Shown piece by piece: positions 52,452 to 64,000 of a stretch of DNA of 64,000 bases. The notes beneath the pieces were generated by a model. The model had not been told where the DNA came from and did not search any database. It was given only the letters and a program-made list of their open reading frames with translations. Made by a program: the position numbers and the translations under genes. The DNA is taken from contig OZ024741.1 in assembly GCA_964016885.1 (NCBI GenBank), positions 138,446,001 through 138,510,000 on the forward strand. The letters run 5' to 3'. The first letter of the stretch is position 1; every line of letters begins with the position of its first letter. This DNA is from Eledone cirrhosa. Taxonomy: Eukaryota.

Positions 52452-54189
52452 TAATAAAGACTTTTGATGTATTGAAGGCTTCTTTGGTTTATTTTTTATA
52501 ATTTTTATAATTTTTATAATTTTTATAATTTTTATAATTTTTATAATTTGTTCATACATATATACACACATGCCCGTACATACACACATACACACATACA
52601 TATATATGCAGACACACACACACACATATATATATATATAAAATATAGATTTTTGGATGCTCAATGACTCCCTTAAGCTCTTCCGACCTTTGATGGACCT
52701 AGCTTTACATCCCGCAGGGTGTCCCAACTTCGCCCTGTTCACTAAACGAGCCTTGATGGGGTTGCTGGTTTAGTGGCCAAGCGACAGTTATTATACTGGG
52801 CTATATATAATAGCCGCACACCATCAAGATCTAAACACACTCACCTGGCATATTTCTCCCTCTCACTTGCTTTTTTTATCATCCGTATTCCACGTCTCAA
52901 TTTCATTTTCTTTTCTCAACCGATATGTAGCCTGACACGTTTTATTTAAATTTATCTCACTTCTCAAGCTTTTAAAGTTAATATATTTAAGATGTACAAT
53001 ATTCTATCGCATTGTTATTTTTATTTCTGTTACACAGTCCATACTACACACACACACAACACCAACGAACTCATACACAAACACACACGCACACCCAACC
53101 TGCACACGCAACCCCCACACGCATATGCAAACTAAATCGCGCGCATACACACATATATACATGATTGTGATAATCATTTGTGATACTGGATACTTTACTC
53201 TTATATATTGATCCTCATTTGGAACTATGTCAGTAATATTATATATTCCCTTGTTTATTAACGCACAGTTTAATAAACAAGGGAATGCGATTCGGCTTTC
53301 TGGGATTTGTTATCAATGTATCAGATTTCTGCTACTATAGACGCCTCAATTAACAACCCGGTTAGATCGCCCTCGTCATATATATTATATAAAACCGTTC
53401 GTCTAGAAATAATTTCCAATGCTTTTATACTTAAATGAATGCCTATTTGTTTATATATTTATTTCTTTTTCAAATTTTAAAGCAGTGCTATACAAACAAA
53501 TTGATATAACAAAATCAAGGTCAAACAGGAAAATTAGCAAATTTGAAATAGACGCAGAGAGAGTTTCAATGAAATACATAAAAAAAAAGAAAAGAAATTA
53601 GAAGAGACGACATACATAAACGCTAGAAAATGTTAACATTTGGAAATCATTATACAATTCCACAGTATCAAATTTTAGAAATAATGAAATTAATTTAAGA
53701 ATAATATACGATATAATCCGCCTAAACTTTACAAGAAACCAAATATTAAATGTCACCACATTAATAGGAGACCGAAATCTAGCACACCATAGAATGTTAT
53801 TTTCATATAAACATCCAATTATACTTAACATAATAAGATTTTGGTAAAGTGTGAGAAACGGATGTAAAACTGTTCCCTTGAAATCATTTTATATTATGCA
53901 GAGATAGAAAGCAATATAAATACGAATTATCTGTTAATATTGTCTGAGGTTAAGTAAGTTTGCAATAATTGATGCAGTTGAATTAAATATTGTCTAGTTT
54001 TTGATTATATCTCATATAAGTATGGAGAAATCAAAATATACTGAAGTCGATAAATACGGGACATACGTTTGAGCTTAGCTTTTAGGGTGTTCAGTTGACA
54101 ATCGTAGGGTGGTCGAAGATCTAATTTTGGAAGCGGTGGTGGGGCGCGTACTTACCGTCAGCAGTACGTCTCTTCTACGTTGCTTCATA

Positions 54190-54460
54190 ATCATTATCAT
54201 CATCACCGTTTAACATCTATTTTCCGCGCTTGCATGTGTTAAAAGGACTTGAATTGCGGAGTCAAAACCGGTCCGGTGACTTCTTGTACGAGTGGCCGTT
54301 CTTTATAATGTCAATACTTTACAGCTTGTGCTGTGAGTATGGTTTCTACAGCTGTATACCCTTCCTAGCACTAACCAATTTACATCGTGTACTGAGAATT
54401 TGTTATCGTAACTGCGGCAGTACCACCTTATATGACTTGGTATTAGCAGAACGTCATTAG
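54190..54460 (-). mobile_element. Diverged RTE 3'-UTR fragment
   Basis: catcatcaccgtttaacatc...tttctacagctgtatacccttcctagcactaacc is similar to 27435-27600. Confidence 0.6.
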
Positions 54461-55912
54461 TGAGGATTGGGTCTGGTGTACAGACATTGCTTTGTGCCAG
54501 TTATGGTCATGGTGGTGGCATATAAATAATTGGCGTAAAAAAGAACGTTTATATACTGATATTAACAAGTAGATAAATGAGCAGTCTCTGTCATGTTGGG
54601 TATGTCAGGCTTCCTCAGGCTGGAAACTGGTGGAAGATATAAGATTTCATAAGCGAGGGTGAATCCACGGTTCATTGTTGGTTTCTATGCTAACATGGTT
54701 TAAGTGAATGAGTCAGGAGTATACTACCAATTAAGACACTGAGACTTGTTGCATCTCTGAGCTTCTTTGCGTTTAAAGTAGAGAAAGCGACCAGCAACAT
54801 GCTGACAGAGTATTCATCAAATGTATAATAGCAGATTGGAGGTGGAAACTGAGTGTAGTACAACCTCTCTTAATCTTAGTTACCATCCAGAGGATCTGGG
54901 TAATAGAAAATGGATTATTAATAATTTTCGTAGTAAAGTCAATGCAAGGCGTGTGAAAAATCTAGATTCAATAGCTTAACACATTGTAGGTTAAAATTAT
55001 TGTATTTGAGAGAATGCAGCGGATATCAAAGAGAAGTTGGCGTTTAGTGTAACATGAAATTTGGTTGTTAAATACATAGGAGCTGGTTATGCCTGTCACT
55101 TGATATGGCGTGGCTGGGTATAGATGTGTAGATGAAATACAGACATAATATTGTTTGTGTAATTACACAGAGACATGTAATAATATGATTGTGAGCTTAA
55201 CCAACTGTAAGTTGAAATTATTTTATTTGGCAGAAAGGGAAGCAAAGATTTGATAGAAGTCACATATTATAGATCAATATTTCCCATGAAACTAAATTGC
55301 CTGGCACTGGTTTTAATTGTCACATAATTTGGAATGGGTGGCTGTCAAATATATCGAGGAATACGCTGGTTTAGTAATTTTCTTAGTGTGGTCAAAGTGT
55401 CAAAAAGCAGAATCGTCCCCTAAAAAATGTTAGTATTAAATGCCTGTTTATGGGAAAATTGGGCGCAAAACACAGAAGGTAATGTGCACTGTAAAGTTAA
55501 CCTATGGAGCTCAATACGCAGGCATCCGTTCTGATTACAATGTATCACAAAATGTATAGAAATAATTAAAGGAGAACATGTCGGAAATTGAACAGAAATA
55601 GAATGAATCAATGTATAAAGGTAGGAGAGGTGATTGACCTAACAATAAGTCAATAATAGAAGGCATCTGTGTAAAAACATCAAATAAGGAATATTGATGG
55701 GAGTATACAACAAAAGGAAGACTTACAAAGAACAGGGAAGTGAAATGATAAAGAAGCCTTATATCAGAGTAGTAAATCATGTGCATAATTCAATATGTAT
55801 GTACGAATGTATGCATGTATGTATGTATGTATGTATGTATGTATGTATGTATGTATGTATGTATGTATGTATGTATGTATGTATACACCTATTCTCTCTC
55901 TAACTATATAGT

Positions 55913-56039
<127 letters not shown>

Positions 56040-56069
56040 GTGTGTATGTATGTAAAAGGTAAACAGAAA

Positions 56070-57370
56070 TAACAACACAATCGGTAAATTATATAGAAGG
56101 ATATATTAAGTTAACACTTGAAATAGCAGGAAGAGGGTCTTACCGTTTCGGACGCCAGTCCTTCATCAGAAGAAAGAATGACAAATAAGGGATTGGCGGG
56201 TTGGAATTGGAAAAAATGTCTTTTATGTATGTACACACACACACACCCGCACACTCATATATATATTTATATGATAACAAGATATTGTTGAAGGTAATCC
56301 AGCTAAAGGTTATGAGTATCGAGGATAATTTTAACGTACGGCGTTGTTCCACTCAACAAGAATTTGCCTAAGTCGAGTAGCCGGTTTAAGAAAGTCCCTA
56401 GGCAGGAGGTTCTTGGCGGTAATAATGGTAAAAGAATGAAGTTTAACATGATTGGCTCTACAATAGGCTTTATTTAAAGTATTAACACTTATTCTGTAGT
56501 CCAGTGTATCTAAAAGTGGCTGGTCGTTAGAAGTTACTTCACTCAACCTTAATTAGAGTCGATACACGAGCAAATCGTTACAATACTTTAAATAAACCCT
56601 TTAAATAAACCCTATTGTACTACTGACCATGTTATTTTTCATTCTTATATTATATTATATTCATATCTCGTGTTTAGGCAATCACTATTGCGTAATCTCT
56701 TTAGAATATTTATTCGTTCATCAATACATAGTCCACACGACGGATTGCCCCTTACGTATGGCTTGGACTTAGTGATGGCTTCCCATTGAATGGAGGAGTC
56801 TATACTTGAATCCTTGAGGGACCATACGTGGCTCGCGAGTTTCGTGGATGAACGTCTGTCCGGGTACCTAAAGGTCGACTGGTGGTTCAGGAAGCGTTTG
56901 TTAAATCAGCCTTCCGCCATACCCACATAGGATTTGACCTCCTGTGGTTGATTTGGTCGGTTGGAAGTGACCACAGCTTCATAAACTACAGCGGGTGTGT
57001 TGCATTTCTGTTGAAGGGGACAAGATTCGGAATTACGGCAAAAGGACTCCGGTGGGTGTTGCTCTTAGGGCTGTTAGTGATGTGGGCCTTCATGTTCTTA
57101 GCGCAGGAGTACCCTAGTTTTACTTTGTGTCGATTAAAGATAGAGCGGTATTTATGACCTATGGGAAAGTGTCTATCTAAGAAGGCTAGAAATGTTTTGC
57201 CTACATTGGTTTTAACGTTTAGTGAGAAGGGAGGAGAGAACCAGATAATTTGTCTATTGTTACGTTTCAATTCTTATTGCTGTTGTTGATAGTGGGAGAG
57301 TAAGTGATATGTTGCGAGAAGCCGCTGTTAGCTAACGCCATGTTATAGTAGGGAGCCGCCCTGTCAAAGA
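56070..57370 (-). mobile_element. 5'-truncated decayed PLE (linker plus GIY-YIG)
   Basis: YYNMALANSGF, IIWFSPPFSLNVKTNVGK, LGYSCAKN, YVGMAEG*FNKRFLNH, TKLASHVWSLK, CGLCIDE. Confidence 0.88.
56138..56173 (-). ncRNA. Minimal hammerhead motif at PLE 3' end (weak helices I and III)
   Basis: tctt-CTGATGA-a-ggac tggc gtcc-GAAA-cgg-TA-aga. Confidence 0.6.
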
Positions 57371-57409
57371 TAACCTATCGCGACCTTTAGTTCAACACTG
57401 ACACAGGAA

Positions 57410-57450
57410 CGATGTACTAGTTTCAAGCTTTTTAGCTATCGTCAGCTTCG
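57410..57450 (-). ncRNA. Minimal hammerhead motif
   Basis: cgaag-CTGACGA-tagct aaaa agctt-GAAA-ctag-TA-catcg. Confidence 0.78.
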
Positions 57451-57742
57451 TATACCTTTCTGTCAGTTGATTGAACGTTTGCAAGTATATACTTTCCTTA
57501 TGCATATTAACGGCTGAGCAGCCTAATTTACATACCGAGTGAGTTAGTCGGCCGGGCGTACCGAAAACAATAAATGGAAAAGAATGAACCGAAATTTTAT
57601 TTTTCACTCTTACTACGGCTGATACCTAAATATAAATATGTATACATACATACACATATGTGTAGAGGCGTACAGTAGTATATATATATATACATACATG
57701 GACACATATATAGAGGAAAGTATATACTTTCAGAAAGGTATA

Positions 57743-57783
57743 CAAAGCTGACGATAGCTAATAAGCTTGAAAATAGTACATCG
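57743..57783 (+). ncRNA. Minimal hammerhead motif (decayed helices I and III)
   Basis: caaag-CTGACGA-tagct aata agctt-GAAA-atag-TA-catcg. Confidence 0.65.
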
Positions 57784-59269
57784 TTCCTGGGTCAGTGTTG
57801 AACAAAAGGGCGACGATGGTTGCCGAGCACTGTACGGTGTAATTTGGGCTGTCTGTTTACAAATAAACCGAACATTATAATAAATGTTCGGTAAACCCAT
57901 AAGTACATATATATATGTGTGCATGTATTTATATATATACATGCACACATATATACTACTGTACGTCTGTACACATATATGTATGTATGTATACATACTT
58001 ATATTTAGGTATCAGCCGTACTAAGAGTGAGACCACTAACCATGGGAGTACTCAATGGATGGGGAGATGCTAACAAACGATCCTGGATGCCAATGATCAA
58101 CACCTACCAAGCGCAGGAACCGTATGCACTCGGCCTTCCAGCCTGTGCTTCCACATGTACTTAGACTAAGCCCCACCATCCATACAATCCTTCCCAAACA
58201 CACGCGTTTCCATGGGAAACTACATGCCGAAAACCCAGACTCATATCCTAATCTCACCTACTATATCCACCTGTCCTCTAGATTGTACCATCAATCTACC
58301 ACTATCACCTCGTAAGTTTCCTTTTACATGTAATACTTCCGGTATGTATATGCGCAGATAGCCTTAAAATCTCTTCTTCCCTGATTCTTGTATGGGCGTA
58401 TGAACATAGCAAGTATATGTATGGGTGCATATGTATGATACATGTAGGTGTGTGTGTGCATACAAGTTTACAAATCCCTCTCATCATATCGACATGCATT
58501 GGCCTGTATGTATGTATGTGAGAATGTGTACGGATGTGCATGTGCATCTGCTTACATATATATTTATATGTATATATGCATGTGTTTGCACATGGTTGCA
58601 TGGATGCATTTGAATAGGCATGTATACGTGAGTGTATGTATGTATGTATGTACGTATGTACTTATGCCTATGTGTGCTTACTTTACCCATTCTTTCCACC
58701 TACGTATTTATTTACACTCTAAATTCGTACCTCGCATCATTCCTTTCATTAAAATAACGATTGGTTATTTATTCATGCTACGTAAAATCTTCTAAAACTC
58801 CCCAGCATATTGTTGTTGGCGCTTATTGTAGTATGCATCCCCATACTACATACGTTTTATCACTGGTTACCAACCCATGTTATCCACTTTACCTCTTTTT
58901 GAACCTATATATTGTATCCAAACTTATTTGATCCTATTTACTACTTTATTAATCCATTTGCCCATTTACTTCTATACAACCCACTTATTTTGGTAATTCT
59001 TTACTAAAAATACTACTTCGGTCATTAATCCCTGTCTATAAATGGCTTTACCCAAAACCCCTATTCCTACCAGCATTATGCACCTTTTAGTCTTACTCCA
59101 CTCTAACCCACTAAGTACTCCTAACCCCACTCACACTATTCCCTACTCCTGATCCCTTTCTTGTCCAGATACATTTTCTCCATCACAACAATTTACTAAG
59201 GCTAGTGACATATTTTCACACCCTATACAACTTACTACACCGGTGGATTTTTTACCTATTACTACTACT

Positions 59270-59293
59270 ACTAATATTACTACAACAGCAACA

Positions 59294-59378
<85 letters not shown>
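59270..59378. repeat. (ACT)n microsatellite
   Basis: Seen directly. Confidence 0.95.
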
Positions 59379-59379
<1 letters not shown>

Positions 59380-59434
59380 ACACATATATATACGTATATA
59401 TATATATTTGTGTGTATATATATATATACACAAA

Positions 59435-59486
<52 letters not shown>

Positions 59487-60345
59487 CATATGCATATATT
59501 TATATATATACACAAATATACACACACACACACACACGTGCGCACACAAATAGACATATATTTATAGATACAACACTACATCATATATTCATGTCTATAA
59601 AAGTAAAGACAAATACATATAATTTCATTAGTGGGCAGCTGGTGTTTGTAGCGTTAAAATATAAACGTTATGCTTTCAGAGATCAAAGTGAGAGTATTAT
59701 TTACTATTCATCGAATTTATAGCATAATTCAATAGTCTCCAATATACGAGACTATAATGTTTTCGGTTTATATTTATTCTTGCCCTGGTATCTGAACTTT
59801 AGGTTTCCTTCGAATGTAGCTTTAGTATTTGAATTGCCATTAAATTATCTTGGCTGTCATCGTATTGTTTTTATTGGTGTTTTTACTCGGTATTATACCG
59901 AGTATATTTTAGAATTTATTTGTATCGACTACAAACCTTGGCATTTATGTACATGAAACCCTTCAAATTATCATGAATCGTAATTGGCGCTCCTTCTGAA
60001 ATCTCGCATAGTTATATTTTCTTCGATCAGCTAAAATTGGTGTCATCTTGATGGCATACCCGAAAAGAAAATATGTAGTAAATAAAAGAAGCTGAGAATA
60101 AAGGTGGGATATGACACATGAGACATAATAGTTACAGTAAGTTTGATGAAAAGGCTTTAACAATAAAATAGGACAACTGAATAAACATCCTGTTACTCAG
60201 CTATTTGGTGAAGGGATTAGTTACACATCCAGTAATAAACCTGAAGCAAATATTAACTGGCACATGTGTGTCTATCGGCAAACGAACCTCATGTGATAGT
60301 ATCTATAGAGTGAAGGTATGTAGACCTGTGGTTGAGGTGTTAAAC

Positions 60346-60617
60346 TTACGATTATAATTTGCTGGTTTCGGTTAGAGAACCAGGTGGAGTGTTGTTTTCT
60401 TCAGCAGTAGACTTCATTTATCTTTGCCCTAGTACACTTAGCCAAAGATACGTAATTAGGCGTGCTTGTTGTAATCACAGTCACCCTGATGGGCCTCAAT
60501 ACAACAAAAGCACCACTGCTCACATAACTTTGAGGGAATGTACTGAAGCAAAGGGAAATGAGTTGTGTTGCTGAGCCGCCTTGTTCTGGAACCGAAACCT
60601 GGAAATTATAATCGTAA
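60346..60617. repeat. Imperfect foldback, MITE-like
   Basis: ttacgattataattt..ggtttcggtt..agaac.aggtgg vs ccgcctt.gttct..aaccgaaacc..aaattataatcgtaa, with imperfect pairing continuing inward. Confidence 0.65.
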
Positions 60618-61396
60618 AGCGCCTTCAGTATATAACAACGATCACACACACACTCTCTCTCGCTCACACACACACACACACACACACGTTATACACACAT
60701 ACACACACATATATTACACACATACACACACAGAAACAAACACACATACACGCACACACACACAGTATACACACATACGCACGCATATATTACACCCATA
60801 CATACACACAGAGACACACACACAAACAAACACACATAGACACAGACACACACCCCCATACACACATAAACATATACAGATGCACATATATTGTGTATGT
60901 TTAAGAAAGAAACAAAATATTTACCGCCCTGTCCAGTTTGTGCACTGCATTTTTTACTGGGTTGAAAAAGTATGTTTTTTTAATTTTCTCTTAGATCAAA
61001 GTAAACATATGTTTGCAATTGATTGCTATTCACACCATATATAGTGCAATGTTGTCAAGCGTAAAAACCCATAAATTATAATTCATTTATCTTTCCTTGA
61101 ATGTCGTCCCTCCCGCTAAAAAATAATGCATTTTATTTGTGTTAGTATCACGCCGTCGATTGAAATCATATAGGTTGTATTACTATTTTTTTACCCTCTG
61201 TTTTATCGAATTCAGTAAGGCCGCTAAGACATTGATTGCCAGCATTTGTAGCCACCATATATCAAAACACTTGAAAAGGTTCTTAAACTTATATGTCGTT
61301 TCATTCGCTTTGATAGAGGAGACGTAGCTCCATATCTTATGATATATATATATATGAGTGTGAGTATGACTATGTATGTGTATACATGTATCAATA

Positions 61397-61485
<89 letters not shown>

Positions 61486-61704
61486 TAGTGTTTGTGTATG
61501 TACCAGTGTGTCCCTGTATGTGTGTGCATGTGTCCATAGGATTTCTCCTCCAGTTTCTTATATGAAAGACATATTCATCTGCAGGATATTGTTAATTCAG
61601 TCTCTGTTCAATATCCCTCACATATAATCGTTTCATGTTGGCAGTTATTTATTTCACATTAAATACGGTTTATTTGTTAAATACTTAACGGCTCACAAGA
61701 TACG

Positions 61705-61846
<142 letters not shown>

Positions 61847-61944
61847 GTATGTATATATATATAAATATATATATATATGTATGTATATATATATATATAT
61901 ATATGTATGTATATATATCTATATATCTATATATATATATATAA

Positions 61945-62014
<70 letters not shown>

Positions 62015-62019
62015 GTATG

Positions 62020-62074
<55 letters not shown>

Positions 62075-62414
62075 AAACAAGACGAAATCGAAAATGCAAC
62101 TGGAATCTTTTTTTAAATTATATATTTATTTGGTTCCTTTACCGGTTTCGCATTAGTTGTGATTTTCAAAAGTACAATTGAGATGGAGGGTTTGCGGTTT
62201 TTCTCGCATCTGATGCGAGGAAAACCACAAACCCTCCATCTCAATTCTACTTCATAATTTTTTACTATATAATTTTCTACTATATCATTTTTTTTTTTAA
62301 AAGACTCCAGTCGCATTTTCGATTTCATCTTTTTTCCTTATTCTTTCACTCGTGTATGACATCTCGTTTTTTTTCATTTTGTAAAAAAAACATCACTCTC
62401 TAATATATATATAC

Positions 62415-62534
<120 letters not shown>

Positions 62535-62539
62535 GATGT

Positions 62540-64000
62540 ATGTTTATATAAATTTGTTCTTCTAACTTTGATTTTATACCTTATTGTGTATGGGTGACCT
62601 TATATTTAAGCAATTTCCACGTGCTATTGAAATGATGGGTAAATATTCAATATCTGTTGATCGAGAATAGATGGCTGTCGTTTATTTATCTATTATTTCT
62701 TCATAGGTACCTTTTAATCTTATAGACTGGTTTAATTGTTTTTTTGTGTGGTTGATTATGCTGATTGGGAGAGGGGATGGTGTATACATTTTATCAAATG
62801 ATTCAATAGACATACTTTATTGTATATATATTTTTTGTATATTGCTCTCATTGTTGATTATTTAATTAATTAATTCGTCATTGAGCCACATCGTGAATGG
62901 TTGCCAAAAACATATATATATATATATATGACTTTGTCTAGTTTGTGTATATGTAAATCTTTATATTTGTTAATCTCCCATATGGTTGAGATGCAATTTA
63001 TGCAATATTAGGCTGCGCTTTCTAGCAACCAATCACATTCTAACAACCAGCCTTCTAGCAACCTGCCCACTCGCCTTAAGGCACCAATCACATTCTTTCT
63101 GACTTGACCACTGCCATGTCACAGTTCTTAGCCATTTTGAATTCGTTTCTGACGGAGATTATTCAGAAAAATCTTCGTCGAATTGAGTTTGTTTCCTGAT
63201 GATTTCAAGCCCGTGAATTTATCCTCGATCGGATATTTCCAAAAGCGAATCAAGCCCAATGGGGTAGAAAGATAATCTTGGTATGTTTATATACCTTTTT
63301 TCTTCTAAATTTGATTTTATACCTTATTGTGTATGGTTGACGATATGTTTAATCGATTTCCACGTGCTATTGAAATGCTGTTGATCGCGAATGGATGGCT
63401 GTCGTTTATTTATGTATTATTTCTTCATAGGTGCCTTTTAATCTTATAGCCTGGTTTAATTGTTTTTTGTGTGGTTGATTATGCTGATTTGGAGAGGAGA
63501 TGGGGTATAAATTTTATAAAATGATTCTATGGACATACTTTATTGTATATATATATATATATATATATTGAGCCTCAACGTGACCGGTTGCAACATATAT
63601 ATCTATGACTTTATGTATATGTAAATCTTTATATTTAATAATGTCCCGTTAGGTTGAGATACAATTGGGCGATATTGGGCTACGCTTTCTAGCAACAAAC
63701 CTACCTGACGTAAGCAACTAATCACATTCTTTCTAACTTTACCGCTGCCACATCACGATTCTTAGCCATTTTTGAATCTATTTTTGGCGCAATCACTTTG
63801 GAAAATTAAATGTATAATTTTTAGTGTTTCTCCTGATTAGTCTGTTACTCCGGATATCCTGATAATTGGATGTCTAAAAATACGGACGAAACCATAGTAG
63901 AGATGTAATTACGGTATGTACGCATTTCTTCTAAGTCTCAATTTACACCTAATTGTGTATGGTTGACGGTATATTTAGTCAGTTTCTACATGCTGTTGAA
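62540..64000 (+). repeat. Diverged tandem array of ~630-745-bp units carrying decayed hammerheads
   Basis: ttctaa...ttatacct.attgtgtatgg.tgac at ~62559, 63303 and 63930; hammerhead-like motifs at ~63193-63281 and 63829-63903. Confidence 0.75.
63829..63903 (+). ncRNA. Hammerhead motif with G8->U core change
   Basis: tctc-CTGATTA-gtctgt...acggac-GAAA-ccatag-TA-gaga. Confidence 0.6.

Larger units (their letters stand above)
48565..52500 (-). mobile_element. 5'-truncated PLE with ~830-bp inverted pseudo-LTR
   Basis: 48675-49494 inverted vs 51665-52497; coding part begins EYYNNALANSGY (~51660). Confidence 0.92.
57392..58032. mobile_element. Two head-to-head copies of the 21.1-21.8 kb retrozyme-like family
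   Basis: 57392-57710 on - strand and 57714-58032 on + strand are homologous to 21262-21850. Confidence 0.75.

Overview
AT-rich, microsatellite-saturated animal genomic DNA. The repeat content (tRNA-derived Meta-core SINEs, RTE LINEs, Penelope-like elements, long (TA)n runs) suggests a cephalopod such as octopus; this is inference. I found no convincing host gene, and almost all listed ORFs are microsatellite or antisense artefacts. The window is a nest of mobile elements, mostly inserted in (TA)n. It holds six Penelope-like element (PLE) copies. One is near full length (RT plus GIY-YIG, 9848-12532) and is broken by a single in-frame TAA; several carry inverted pseudo-LTRs. Also present are a near full-length RTE LINE with a PHD-like finger inside its RT region and a 5x~388-bp monomer array at its 5' end, a decayed mariner, two complete non-autonomous Helitrons and many SINEs. 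The main signal missing from the ORF track is about 20 type I hammerhead-ribozyme motifs, read by eye, from roughly a dozen sequence families. Most have palindromic helix III. Several are atypical: a recurrent U4->A core, a U.U helix II closure, and a ~97-nt helix II. Several lie in non-coding tandem or head-to-head units that resemble retrozymes. All folds are manual and untested, and repeat boundaries are approximate.
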